Source: Spirochaetia bacterium
GTDB lineage: Bacteria > Spirochaetota > Spirochaetia > UBA9216
NCBI GenBank assembly: GCA_963677925.2
Contig: CAXXYH010000003.1
Coordinates: 544,001 to 608,000, forward strand
Direction: 5' to 3'
DNA length: 64,000 bases
The notes under the pieces are model-generated. The model saw only the letters and a program-made list of their open reading frames with translations. It was not told the origin of the DNA and did no database searches. The position numbers were made by a program, and so were the translations under genes. This document shows positions 27,885-37,658 of the stretch, in pieces. How positions within the stretch are numbered: position 1 is the first letter of the stretch; every line of letters begins with the position of its first letter.

Positions 27885-28865
27885 CTACTCCTGGGGCCAC
27901 TGCATTACCCCAATCCAGTTCTTTCCGGTATCTACAAGTACGGAAACGGGCAGCTTCATTCCTTTAAGTTTGACTGCGGCTCCGTCTTTCACTATTTCTA
28001 TTTCACGCGGATTTTCAAACATCCGGCTTCCATCAGGATTTTTGGAAGCGATAACCGAAGCTCTCATCATGACAGAGAACAGAAAAGCATTAACTTCACT
28101 GTTCATATAAAAACTGCCTGAAATAAGGTATTCGTCTCCGCTTCTTTTAAGTCTAAGCTGTACGGTTTCAATCGGCAGCTTTTTAAACTCCGGAATGAAT
28201 ACCGCATATTCTTCGGGAAGCATGCCTCCGGTCTGAATAACAACATCAGATGAGGTTTCGGCTTCAAGCCAGCCATAGCCGGGAACAGAACCGCCATTAC
28301 TCCAGGAATCAGCCATCTCACTAATTTTACCGCTGGAAGCAAGAATCAGACTTTTTTCGGGAATTGAAATCTGCTGTGCGGTGTGTTTACTCTGCCAGTA
28401 ACTGAAGGCAGAGCTGCCGGTGTCAGATTTCAGTTTGTTCTGTTTCCAGTCAGGGCTGATTCCGAGACTGAAGCCTATGGTAGATGACGGATAATCACCT
28501 GAAGCCACCATACTGAACCCGGGTTCCTGAATAATTTCAGCATTTTCAGGTTCTGCTGAGGACACAGGGACTATTCCGGCCCATATGCTGTCCGTCCTGT
28601 CAAGGAATTCCTCCCTCAGATCTTCAGGCAGTTCCGAACCTAAAATATCCATTGCAGGCTCTATCAGCTCCCGGTTCTCTTCGATTGAGGCATAGATTAT
28701 AACCTTGGCCCCTGAAGGAAGAAGCTGGACATTGCTGACAGATTCAGCCCTTTCAGGTATACCGGCACATCCGCTCAGTATAAACAATAAAACCAGAACG
28801 GCGGCTGCCGCTCCGGTTTTTAAAAATCTCTTACGCTTTTTTAAGAGCGATGCTGCATTCATCAT
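27885..28865 (-). CDS. Putative lipoprotein
   Basis: Basic N-region, hydrophobic stretch and lipobox LSG-C. Start is uncertain (28862-28889) and overlaps the ileS 3' end. Confidence 0.7.
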   Translation of the reverse strand: MMNAASLLKKRKRFLKTGAAAAVLVLLFILSGCAGIPERAESVSNVQLLPSGAKVIIYASIEENRELIEPAMDILGSELPEDLREEFLDRTDSIWAGIVPVSSAEPENAEIIQEPGFSMVASGDYPSSTIGFSLGISPDWKQNKLKSDTGSSAFSYWQSKHTAQQISIPEKSLILASSGKISEMADSWSNGGSVPGYGWLEAETSSDVVIQTGGMLPEEYAVFIPEFKKLPIETVQLRLKRSGDEYLISGSFYMNSEVNAFLFSVMMRASVIASKNPDGSRMFENPREIEIVKDGAAVKLKGMKLPVSVLVDTGKNWIGVMQWPQE

Positions 28866-31800
28866 CACCGCATTCCACCTTTTGTGCATTCGGAACTACC
28901 TCCCAGACCCAGCTTTCAGCGAGGGTTTCAGCTGAAAGATAATCCTGAAAGGCTTCAACTGCTGCTTTAATCGAATCAGATCCGCTGATTGAAAGAACAA
29001 TACGGTCGGTTACATCAAAGTCGGCTTCCTTCCTCATGTTCTGGATACTTCTGACAATATCCCTGATTACACCTTCCTGCCTTAACTCTTCAGTGATTTC
29101 CGAATCAAGAGCTATAGTCAGGGAGCCTTCATTAAGAACCTTCATGTTCTCTTTCTCATTTCTCTGAATAACTACAGACTCCTCAGTAAGTTCAAGAGTT
29201 CCGAAGTCCAGGTCGAGTGAGAGTGTGGCTCCGTCAAGAAGTGACTGAATTTCACCGGGTGTAAGTTCTTCAATAGCTGCTGCAGCTGCCTTCATATTCT
29301 TTCCGAGTGTTTTACCAAGAACCTTGAAGTTAGCTTTTGCACTGTATTCAACGAGTTCTTCTTCATTCTCGCGGAAGATGACATCCTTAACATTCAGCTC
29401 TTCAGCAATTATATCCGCCATCTCTCTAAGAACCAGCTTTTCCTTCTGGTCCCTGGTAACAAGGTTGAGAGCCTTCAGAGGCTGCCTTGTCTTCAGGGAA
29501 TGCATAGAACGAAGTGCCCGCCCCATTGACACGGCCTGGCGGGTAACAGCCATCTTTATTTCAAGATCTTCATCACGCTTGGTCTGATCGGCAACCGGCC
29601 AGTCTGCAAGATGTATTGAATCTGCATATCCTTCGGGTTTCAGATTCTGGTAAATCTCTTCAGTCACAAACGGAATAAAGGGACATGCAACAGTAATCAG
29701 CTTCATAAGAACTGAATAGAGAGTTTCATATGCCTGATTCTTATCAGAATCGTTCTCTGAACGCCAGAACCTTCTTCTGGACCTTCTGATGTACCAGTTA
29801 TTCAGGAGATCGATAAAATTGAGTATCGGGCTGATAGCCTTCTGAAGCTCAAGAGCATCAAGCTGTTCTGTAACATCAGCAATGAGTCTTTCTGCTTCCG
29901 ATAGAATCCACCTGTCAAGCGGATTCTCCGGATTTTCCGGGGCTGAAACCGGTTTTGCTTCATCAATGTTGGCATATGTCACAAAAAAGCTGTATGCATT
30001 CCACAGCGGTATAATTATGCTTTTAAGAATCTCAAGAACCCCGTCATCGGAGTATTTCAGATCTTCCGCTCTTACTACGGCCGAGTTCATAAGAAAAAGT
30101 CTTAGTGCATCTGCACCGAACTTGTTTATAACTTCAACAGGATCGGAATAGTTTCTTGCCGACTTTGACATCTTCTTGCCGTCTTCAGCCAGAACCAGAC
30201 CGTTTACTACTACACTCTGGAATGCAGGCTTGTCAAAAAGCGCTGCAGCCAGAATTGTTAATGTATAAAACCAGCCTCTGGTCTGATCAAGTCCTTCGGA
30301 TATAAAATGAGCAGGGAAGTTCTTTTCAAAATGCTCCTTGTTCTCAAAGGGATAGTGATTCTGAGCATAGGGCATAGAGCCTGACTCAAACCAGCAGTCG
30401 AGAACATCCGGTATTCTTTTCATCTTCGAACCGCATTTACAGTCAATCTCAATATGATCCACATAATGCTTGTGAAGATCGGTAACTTTAATACCTGATT
30501 TTTCCTCAAGTTCTTCGCGTGAACCTATACAGATCATTTCATTACAATCAGGACACTTCCAGACAGGAATCGGATTGCCCCAGTATCGGTTTCGTGATAT
30601 AGCCCAGTCCCTGGCGCCTTCAAGCCATTTGCCGAAACGGCCTTTTTTGAGGTGTCCGGGAACCCAGTAAACGGTATCGTTTGATTTAAGCATTTTGGCC
30701 TTTACCTTGCCTATATCAACAAACCATGATGATATAGCCCGGTAGATAAGCGGACTCTCACAGCGCCAGCAGTGGGGGTATGAGTGAAGGTAGTTTTCGC
30801 GTTTTACGAGCTTACCCTCTTCCTTTAGCCTTGCAATTATATCCTTATCGCATTCCTTTACGAAGCGGCCTTCATAATCTGATACCTCTGAGGTAAATTT
30901 ACACTCTGCGTCAATCGGGCAGACTGTAGGGATATCTGTTGCCTTTAGAGTGTTATAGTCATCTTCACCGAAACCGGGAGCTGTGTGAACAATACCGGTA
31001 CCGTCTTCCGTTGTTACATAGTCAGCAGGGAAGACTCTGAAAGCACCCTTCTCCGCCGCGTCAGCAAAATACGGCAGAAGCGGTTCATATTCCTTGCCTA
31101 CAAGTGCAGAGCCGGGCATGGTTCCCAGCAGTTCATATTCTTCAGCGCTCTTGTAATAGGAAGCCAGTCTTTCTTCAGCAAGTATATAGCATTCGTCGCC
31201 GTCCTTAACTTTCACATATGTAATTTCCTCACCTACTGCAAGTGCAAGGTTGGACGGAAGAGTCCATGGAGTAGTCGTCCATGCAAGAAAGAAAGTTGAA
31301 GGATCTTCCTTGGTTTTAAATTTAACGGTGATAGCAGGATCATGAACATCCTTGTATCCGCCCAGATTGAGTTCATGGTTTGAAAGAACAGTTGAACATC
31401 TTGGGCAGTACGGAAGGATGTAGTGGCCTTCATACATCAGGCCTTTTTTCCAGAGCTCGCTAACGACCCACCAGATTGATTCCATGTAATCCGGTTCCAT
31501 TGTCTTGTAGTCATTCTCAAAATCAACCCATCGGCCGAGTCTTGTAATAATAGTTTCCCACTCTTTTGTATATCTGAGTACGATGGAACGGCAGGATTCA
31601 TTAAATTCAGCAACTCCGTAATCCTCAATCTCTTTTTTCCCCGAGATTCCAAGTTCCTTTTCCATCTCATATTCTACAGGAAGTCCGTGACAGTCCCAGC
31701 CGAAGCGGCGGCCGACCTTCTTGCCTTTCATTGTCTGATAGCGGGGGATAATATCTTTAATAGTTCCAGGTACAAAATGTCCGAAATGAGGAAGACCGGT

Positions 31801-31950
31801 TGCAAATGGCGGGCCGTCGTAGAAGACAAACTCCTCGTTGCCATCGCGCTGATCTATTGATCTTTTGAAGATGTCATTCTTCTTCCAGAATTCAAGTATT
31901 CGCTCCTCCATACCGGGAAAGCTGACTTTCGGATCGACAGAATTATACAA
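28831..31950 (-). CDS. ileS: Isoleucine--tRNA ligase, type 2 (archaeal/eukaryote-like)
   Basis: DGPPFATGLPHFGH, WTTTPWT, GTGIVH, KMSKS and an IleRS2-type C-terminus. Probable start is TTG 31950 after GGAGG. Confidence 0.96.
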   Translation of the reverse strand: MYNSVDPKVSFPGMEERILEFWKKNDIFKRSIDQRDGNEEFVFYDGPPFATGLPHFGHFVPGTIKDIIPRYQTMKGKKVGRRFGWDCHGLPVEYEMEKELGISGKKEIEDYGVAEFNESCRSIVLRYTKEWETIITRLGRWVDFENDYKTMEPDYMESIWWVVSELWKKGLMYEGHYILPYCPRCSTVLSNHELNLGGYKDVHDPAITVKFKTKEDPSTFFLAWTTTPWTLPSNLALAVGEEITYVKVKDGDECYILAEERLASYYKSAEEYELLGTMPGSALVGKEYEPLLPYFADAAEKGAFRVFPADYVTTEDGTGIVHTAPGFGEDDYNTLKATDIPTVCPIDAECKFTSEVSDYEGRFVKECDKDIIARLKEEGKLVKRENYLHSYPHCWRCESPLIYRAISSWFVDIGKVKAKMLKSNDTVYWVPGHLKKGRFGKWLEGARDWAISRNRYWGNPIPVWKCPDCNEMICIGSREELEEKSGIKVTDLHKHYVDHIEIDCKCGSKMKRIPDVLDCWFESGSMPYAQNHYPFENKEHFEKNFPAHFISEGLDQTRGWFYTLTILAAALFDKPAFQSVVVNGLVLAEDGKKMSKSARNYSDPVEVINKFGADALRLFLMNSAVVRAEDLKYSDDGVLEILKSIIIPLWNAYSFFVTYANIDEAKPVSAPENPENPLDRWILSEAERLIADVTEQLDALELQKAISPILNFIDLLNNWYIRRSRRRFWRSENDSDKNQAYETLYSVLMKLITVACPFIPFVTEEIYQNLKPEGYADSIHLADWPVADQTKRDEDLEIKMAVTRQAVSMGRALRSMHSLKTRQPLKALNLVTRDQKEKLVLREMADIIAEELNVKDVIFRENEEELVEYSAKANFKVLGKTLGKNMKAAAAAIEELTPGEIQSLLDGATLSLDLDFGTLELTEESVVIQRNEKENMKVLNEGSLTIALDSEITEELRQEGVIRDIVRSIQNMRKEADFDVTDRIVLSISGSDSIKAAVEAFQDYLSAETLAESWVWEVVPNAQKVECGDDECSIALKKA

Positions 31951-31990
31951 AATTTCCTCCACTGAAATGTGCAATTTAAAAGTTAAATCA

Positions 31991-32019
31991 TTCTATGGAA
32001 AACACGTATATCGGTCAAG
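31991..32019 (-). promoter_or_regulatory. Sigma70-type promoter of ileS
   Basis: TTGACC, 17 nt, TAGAAT, about 40 nt upstream of the TTG start. Confidence 0.7.
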
Positions 32020-32129
32020 CCACCGGCACTATCCCGAAGGGGTTCAGTCAGTGCTGTGACAGAACTTTTTCATAGACCTGACAGACAGCAAAGATAGCTG
32101 AAAGTCGGGATGTCTGTTAGAATGCCTGT

Positions 32130-32687
32130 ATGTACGAAAAATTTTACCGTATCAACAAAGACAGAGGAAGTGTGATAATCGATATCGCACTAGACAACTA
32201 CAACGACTTTTTCAATGAATGGGACAATACCTCTTTCAAGATAAGAGATATTCATCCGGAACTTGAGGAATATCTTAATTACTGTTCAGAAGAAATCCCC
32301 CTGCGCAAAAAACTTGAAATTCACTTCTTTGTTGAAGATCCGGAAGTCAACGAAACAAGGGAAAATCAGATTAAAACCAGTTACCGCAATTATTACACCT
32401 TTATGCAGAGAATCGAACGGAAAAAGGTAAACAGAAGTCTTTTCCAGGTTATAACTCTTACAGCGATCGCTATTGTTTGTATTTTTGCGTATTACATGCT
32501 GGAAAGTAGTCATGAGATTGAAAGTATCTGGGGTAATGTACTGGTTGAAGGCCTTATGATAGGCGGCTGGGTTTTTGCATGGGAGGCATTGTCAATAGTC
32601 ACTTTTGAAATGCACAAACATCTGCGGAGAATCAGTGAACTAAAGCGTTTTTTTAAGGCTAAAATACATTTCGGATATAAAAAATAA
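32130..32687 (+). CDS. Hypothetical membrane protein (2 C-terminal TM segments)
   Basis: 185-aa ORF; soluble N-domain (DFFNEWD...RDIHPEL), then two TMs ending IGGWVFAWEAL. Confidence 0.75.
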   Translation: MYEKFYRINKDRGSVIIDIALDNYNDFFNEWDNTSFKIRDIHPELEEYLNYCSEEIPLRKKLEIHFFVEDPEVNETRENQIKTSYRNYYTFMQRIERKKVNRSLFQVITLTAIAIVCIFAYYMLESSHEIESIWGNVLVEGLMIGGWVFAWEALSIVTFEMHKHLRRISELKRFFKAKIHFGYKK

Positions 32688-32693
32688 GTATAA

Positions 32694-32891
32694 TTAAGAA
32701 CACAAGCTTAGAAGCTTGGAAATATTATGAAGCTTATTTATCCGTGTTTTTAAAGATTCAATTTTCTGAAGCTCATCTCTTGAGTTTAAATCATTCGGAC
32801 GTGTATCACAGACAGACTTCCAGGACGCCTCAAATTCATTCAGTCCGCTGCTGATAATACCGAACTCCTCGCTGGACAGTTCAACAAGCAC
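32694..32891 (-). CDS. Small helical hypothetical protein (65 aa)
   Basis: Start moved to GTG 32891 after GGAGGT; upstream TTGCAG-17-TAACAT promoter-like sequence. Confidence 0.6.
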   Translation of the reverse strand: MLVELSSEEFGIISSGLNEFEASWKSVCDTRPNDLNSRDELQKIESLKTRINKLHNISKLLSLCS

Positions 32892-33029
32892 AGCTACCTC
32901 CAAAAGTAATAATCCACCTGTTATGATGTTAACGTGATAATAATTTGTCTGCAACAATTTTTTTTCAGCACTGTTTTTTTTATATATATCCTTGTAATGT
33001 AATCGATTTCGCATAATACTTAACCGTGT

Positions 33030-33221
33030 ATGAATAAAGAGATTAAAATATACAGCACAGTTACAGGAGGCAGAAAGCTCGGCTTAACCTCATCAACAAT
33101 GCAGCAGTATCACCGGAATCATAATATTGGAACTAAAATCGGGCCGAGAAACATCTGTTTTACAGAGAAAGATCTTGAGGATATATGCAGGCTCAGAGAT
33201 AAACGCTGGTCCAAATCTTAA
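33030..33221 (+). CDS. Small MerR/excisionase-like HTH protein (63 aa)
   Basis: YST...RKLGLTSSTMQQY...G.R..FTEKDL matches the MerR/Xis winged-HTH pattern. Confidence 0.55.
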   Translation: MNKEIKIYSTVTGGRKLGLTSSTMQQYHRNHNIGTKIGPRNICFTEKDLEDICRLRDKRWSKS

Positions 33222-33273
33222 AAATATTTCGCTTGCTAATAGTCTCTGCTTTGTTTAAAATCATATATAGAAA

Positions 33274-34476
33274 ATGAATCTAAGAAAAAAATTCAGACAG
33301 TTTTACGACTCTTTGACTGAGTCTCCATTCTACAGACTCGGTATAATGTTCACTATGCTTTTCGTCGGAACCGGCGGAATAGTTACAATTATCGAGTTCG
33401 GCAGAAACGACCAGTTTGAAAACTTTTTTGACGGTATCTGGTGGGCTGTAATCACATTCAGTACTATCGGTTACGGAGACAAATCTCCGGTGACCATGCC
33501 CGGAAGATTTATAACACTCATTTCAATTTTTTTCGGCATGGCATTGATGAGTTTACTCTCAGGTACCTTCGCGTCAGTTTTTGTTGAAAGAAATACAAGA
33601 GCCAGGAGAGGATTAATGGACTTCCCAAAACTCAGCAGCCATCTGGTAATATGCGGATGGAAAAGTAATATGAGCGACATTCTCAAAGACATCCTGCTTC
33701 TATCGGATTCCACACAGCCGGAAAAGATCGTTATCATATCAAATATTGAAACTGATAAAATTGAGGCGCTAAAGGAAACCCCTGAATTAAAAAAAGTAAA
33801 ATACATAAGAGGTGACTACTTCTCTGAAGACACCCTTAAACGCGCGAATATAATGGGAGCTTCAAAGGCTATTGTACTTGCTGATACTGTTGAAAGCGCC
33901 GGAGCTTCTGAAGCAGACTCCAAAACTGTAATGACAGTGCTGACTATAAAAACACTTTCAAAAGATCTTTATGTCTGTGCCGAACTGGTTGACCGGAAAT
34001 ACGAGCCCTACCTCAGAAACGCCATGTGTGATGAGATACTTTTTCCAAGGGATCTCAACAGGCAGATGCTCGCCGGAACTACAATAACAAACGGGCTGTC
34101 AAACATACTCACAGATCTGATATCCAATACATCATCCCCTATTCAGATAAGCACAACTGAAATGATAACCGATTTCGTCGGTAAAACTTTCAAAGAATAC
34201 AAAGAAAACATGCATCTGTCCGATGATAAAATCCTTATAGGGATTCTTGAAAACACAGGCTCTCCCAACAATGTAAAAATGGGTGCGCTTCGTGAAGCCC
34301 AGAAAACACCCGATATTTCCAAGCTGGTTACAAACCTCCAGGGAGTCAAGGGGCTGGCTCTTAACAAACCGGTTTTTATTCCCGGTGATGACTATATAAT
34401 CCAGAAATATTCCAAGGGAATCATAATAGGCAAAACAAGCTTCATGCTTTCGGAAGAATCCGAAGCGGCGGTTTAG
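33274..34476 (+). CDS. 2-TM potassium channel with RCK (TrkA-N) domain
   Basis: WWAVITFSTIGYGD selectivity filter; HLVICGW and GDYFSEDTLKRANI RCK motifs. Confidence 0.92.
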   Translation: MNLRKKFRQFYDSLTESPFYRLGIMFTMLFVGTGGIVTIIEFGRNDQFENFFDGIWWAVITFSTIGYGDKSPVTMPGRFITLISIFFGMALMSLLSGTFASVFVERNTRARRGLMDFPKLSSHLVICGWKSNMSDILKDILLLSDSTQPEKIVIISNIETDKIEALKETPELKKVKYIRGDYFSEDTLKRANIMGASKAIVLADTVESAGASEADSKTVMTVLTIKTLSKDLYVCAELVDRKYEPYLRNAMCDEILFPRDLNRQMLAGTTITNGLSNILTDLISNTSSPIQISTTEMITDFVGKTFKEYKENMHLSDDKILIGILENTGSPNNVKMGALREAQKTPDISKLVTNLQGVKGLALNKPVFIPGDDYIIQKYSKGIIIGKTSFMLSEESEAAV

Positions 34477-34488
34477 GAGGACTGACTT

Positions 34489-34998
34489 ATGGGAATTCGC
34501 TCCCAGACAAGTGCACTGCATCTTGAAAAACTGAAAAGCATACCTCTTTTTGAAGCAATCAAGGACAACGATGAAGCCATGGAAAAGATCACATCGATCT
34601 GTTCTACAAAAAAATTCCATAAGGGCGATCATATAATAACAGAGGCTGAAACTGGTGATGAGCTTTTCATTCTTCTTGAGGGTGCTGTAAATATCTTAAA
34701 AAGAACACGTTCAGGTGACGATTATGTTGTAGTAAATCTTAGAGCCGAATTTAATATTTTCATTGGAGAAATGGCTCTTATCGATGATGATAAACGTTCA
34801 GCTTCAGTAGTAGCCACGGAAAACTGTGAAGTTCTTGTTATAGGGAAGTCGGACTTCCTGAATCTTGGAAACAACAACCCCGAGATAGGCCTCCCCATTA
34901 CCAGGGCGCTGGCCAAGATTGTTGCAGGTAGACTCAGAAAAACAAACGAAGATATGATGACATTATTCGATGCTCTTCTGAGTGAAATTGAAGGATAA
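34489..34998 (+). CDS. Stand-alone cyclic-nucleotide-binding domain protein
   Basis: IPLF N3A motif and intact phosphate-binding cassette IGEMALIDDDKRSASV; no HTH; AGGAGG SD. Confidence 0.9.
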   Translation: MGIRSQTSALHLEKLKSIPLFEAIKDNDEAMEKITSICSTKKFHKGDHIITEAETGDELFILLEGAVNILKRTRSGDDYVVVNLRAEFNIFIGEMALIDDDKRSASVVATENCEVLVIGKSDFLNLGNNNPEIGLPITRALAKIVAGRLRKTNEDMMTLFDALLSEIEG

Positions 34999-35007
34999 TC
35001 ATCTCCT

Positions 35008-36246
35008 GTGCAGAAATATGATATCAGACAGTACTCAATTTACATCATACTTATTTCTATAAATCTTATTATTTCTTTCTACTCCTCGGTTATTCTAAAA
35101 AATGTGATAATACTCAGTGTCTACCGGAAAATCAGCCTTTTTATTCCATTCCTTTTTATTATTTCAGCCTTCCTTGCATATCGAACAGCCGAGACGAGGA
35201 TAGTTCTGTTAAATCTGGTCATCCTTATAATTTCATCAGCAGGCCCTCTGGTGAATGTACTGCTGCCTCTTCTCGGAAGGGAGCTTCCGGAAATATTCAA
35301 AACATCTCCAAAGGGGTTTTACAACATTTCCCTTCTTTTTCCTTTTGCATACGTATTAATTTTTTCATTTCCTGATCGGATAGGAAGATATTCGCTGTTA
35401 ATTCCAAAAATTGTCCTTGCAGCCGGAGCATTTCTGTTCAGCGGGTTTTACCCCGGAGCTACAGCTGTACACACTGATATCCTTGCGAATCTGCCGATTC
35501 TCAGCCTTGAGGCGGCAGCGGTTTTATTCTCATTATTTCCGGCAGTCCTTCCTCTGATTACAGGCAGCCGCCGTACTTACACCCTTGCTCCGGCAGTTTC
35601 AGCTTCCATGCTGATGATAAGTATTCCCGCAATACTTAATTTCAGTTCTTTTCTTTATAATCTTTGTTTTCTGACCGCTGGAATTATCCAGCTTCACTCT
35701 CTTTACAGAATATACTGGGACAACTCATATATAGATGAACTTACAGGCTTGCTTAACCGCAGAGCCCTTGATGAGCGACTTCATAAATTAACCAGAGCCT
35801 ACACTCTTTCAATGTCTGATATTGACCATTTCAAAAACTTTAACGACACCTACGGTCATGACTCGGGAGATAATGTGCTTAGACTTGTCGCAAAAATTCT
35901 ATACAATCATTTCGGACGCAGTGCCTACAGATACGGAGGTGAGGAGTTCTGTGTAATATTCAGAAAAACTGAATTGAAACAGGCTGCTTCGCTGATGGAT
36001 AATGCAAGAAAGTCTATAGCAGAGCATAGTTTTTACATAAGACAGGATTCAAAAAACAGAAAAAAATCCGGAAGGAATAAGACAGGCAGATCTGCGAAGA
36101 AAGTTGAAATAAATATCAGCGCCGGAGTTGCCCAGCCTGGCAGCTCAGCAGTAAGCGCTTTTGACGTGCTTAAAAACGCAGATACAGCCCTGTATGCGGC
36201 TAAAAAGAACGGACGGAACCGTGTTGAGATGAGCCGAAAACGCTGA
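35008..36246 (+). CDS. Membrane-bound diguanylate cyclase (GGEEF)
   Basis: Multi-TM N-terminus; DELTGLLNRR, DIDHFKNFNDTYGH, RYGGEEF and ADTALYAAKKNGRN motifs. Confidence 0.93.
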   Translation: MQKYDIRQYSIYIILISINLIISFYSSVILKNVIILSVYRKISLFIPFLFIISAFLAYRTAETRIVLLNLVILIISSAGPLVNVLLPLLGRELPEIFKTSPKGFYNISLLFPFAYVLIFSFPDRIGRYSLLIPKIVLAAGAFLFSGFYPGATAVHTDILANLPILSLEAAAVLFSLFPAVLPLITGSRRTYTLAPAVSASMLMISIPAILNFSSFLYNLCFLTAGIIQLHSLYRIYWDNSYIDELTGLLNRRALDERLHKLTRAYTLSMSDIDHFKNFNDTYGHDSGDNVLRLVAKILYNHFGRSAYRYGGEEFCVIFRKTELKQAASLMDNARKSIAEHSFYIRQDSKNRKKSGRNKTGRSAKKVEINISAGVAQPGSSAVSAFDVLKNADTALYAAKKNGRNRVEMSRKR

Positions 36247-36251
36247 TTTTT

Positions 36252-37658
36252 CTATCTTTTCAACCAGACTTTCAGCCGCTGAGGAAAATGTCCCGGATTT
36301 TTTAATTTATTGAACGCTCTGACAACTGCATCTACATCATTCCGGCCCGGTGGTAATTCAGCATAAACACTCTGTATAAAATTCTCGGTTATCAGTTCAA
36401 TATCCTGTCCGGCAAAATTATATACTTCAGTCAGCCTTGTATTATATTCAAACGGAGTTTCATTTTCCGCTCTTGGAACACCGCCGCGCCTTCCCCATTT
36501 TAAAAACTGACTGTAAACAGATTCTACTGTTTTTTCTGTTTTGCCTTTTTTCATCAGGAAGATTTTCAATCTGCCGAAGAAAATAGGTAGCATCTTAATG
36601 ATCAGCTGTATAAGTTTTATAAAAGCTGATCCTGAAACTGCTTTTTCTTTTACAGCAGTACGGGCAAAAAGTTTCTTAACAGACATCCATAGAAAAACAG
36701 CCAGGGCTATCAGCACAGCGGCGGCAGACAGGACGCCCAGTATCCAGATTATAATCGAACCAAGAGTTGACTCATCTTCGGTTCCGCCGGACATGTACGC
36801 AGCCTCACCTGCCCCCTCACCTGATCCCGAAGCCGCTGCCTCAGTACGGGCGGTTTTTCTGAAAAAGAGAAAACGAAGTATACTGGCAAGTATATTACCC
36901 GCAGGAACTGAAGCCTGTTTCAGTACCCTGAACCCCGACTGAGCCGCTGAATTTAATTCCGGCAGCAGGATAAGAAAAATTACAGAGATAAAGGATAGTA
37001 TAACAACCGCAGCAAGGAGAACCGCGCCTGTTCCGCGGTGACTGTTTATAAAAGTTTTACCGGTATCTGAAAATTCTCTTGATAAAATAATTGATGCAAG
37101 ACTGAAAATAAAAAATACAAAGAAAAGTCTTATTAATTTTGTATCGATGATAACAATTTCAGCTCTGGTACGCAGGACCATTTTCAGAAGGAAAATAATA
37201 AAAAAAACAGCCGCACCGGCATCAAGCAGTCCGCAGCTCCGGGCATAATCATTCTTTTTGGCAGATACTGTTATTCCTGAAACCCATAAAAATCCCAGGG
37301 CAAAGATGTTAAGAAATAAAAAGAACAACTCTGAAATACTTCGCTGCATGCTGAAAAACGACCCGTACCAGTTCAAACTATATAAAGGTGAGGAAATATT
37401 ATAGTAATCATGAATGAAAACTGTACCAAGAAGCAGAAAGAGAACAAGCTGAATAAAAATTACGAATATCAACCTTTGCCCCCTGCCCCGTCCTAACACC
37501 GATACAGTAAATGCAGCGGCATAAAACAGCAGAGCATAGAAAAAAGGGAAATCTCTACCCTCTAAAGCAAGAATTGTAAAATAGACTGCAGCATATCGCA
37601 AAAAAAATCCGCTTAGTCCGTTCAGCCTCGAGGCGTGAAGTATTCTATTTTTGTTCAC
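36252..37658 (-). CDS. Multi-TM protein with C-terminal DUF4129 domain
   Basis: Many TM segments and C-terminal PRAENETPFEY; third gene of the MoxR-DUF58 triad. Confidence 0.8.
   Translation of the reverse strand: MNKNRILHASRLNGLSGFFLRYAAVYFTILALEGRDFPFFYALLFYAAAFTVSVLGRGRGQRLIFVIFIQLVLFLLLGTVFIHDYYNISSPLYSLNWYGSFFSMQRSISELFFLFLNIFALGFLWVSGITVSAKKNDYARSCGLLDAGAAVFFIIFLLKMVLRTRAEIVIIDTKLIRLFFVFFIFSLASIILSREFSDTGKTFINSHRGTGAVLLAAVVILSFISVIFLILLPELNSAAQSGFRVLKQASVPAGNILASILRFLFFRKTARTEAAASGSGEGAGEAAYMSGGTEDESTLGSIIIWILGVLSAAAVLIALAVFLWMSVKKLFARTAVKEKAVSGSAFIKLIQLIIKMLPIFFGRLKIFLMKKGKTEKTVESVYSQFLKWGRRGGVPRAENETPFEYNTRLTEVYNFAGQDIELITENFIQSVYAELPPGRNDVDAVVRAFNKLKNPGHFPQRLKVWLKR

Noticed and set aside
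31951-31990. T-box leader for ileS (also considered for valS, cysS, hisS and asnS)
   Set aside because: Leaders are too short and lack the T-box consensus.
32086-32117. c-di-GMP-I riboswitch-like words (GCAAA...GAAA...GGGA)
   Set aside because: The stem around GAAA does not pair, the second hairpin is missing, and the segment lies upstream of the predicted TSS.
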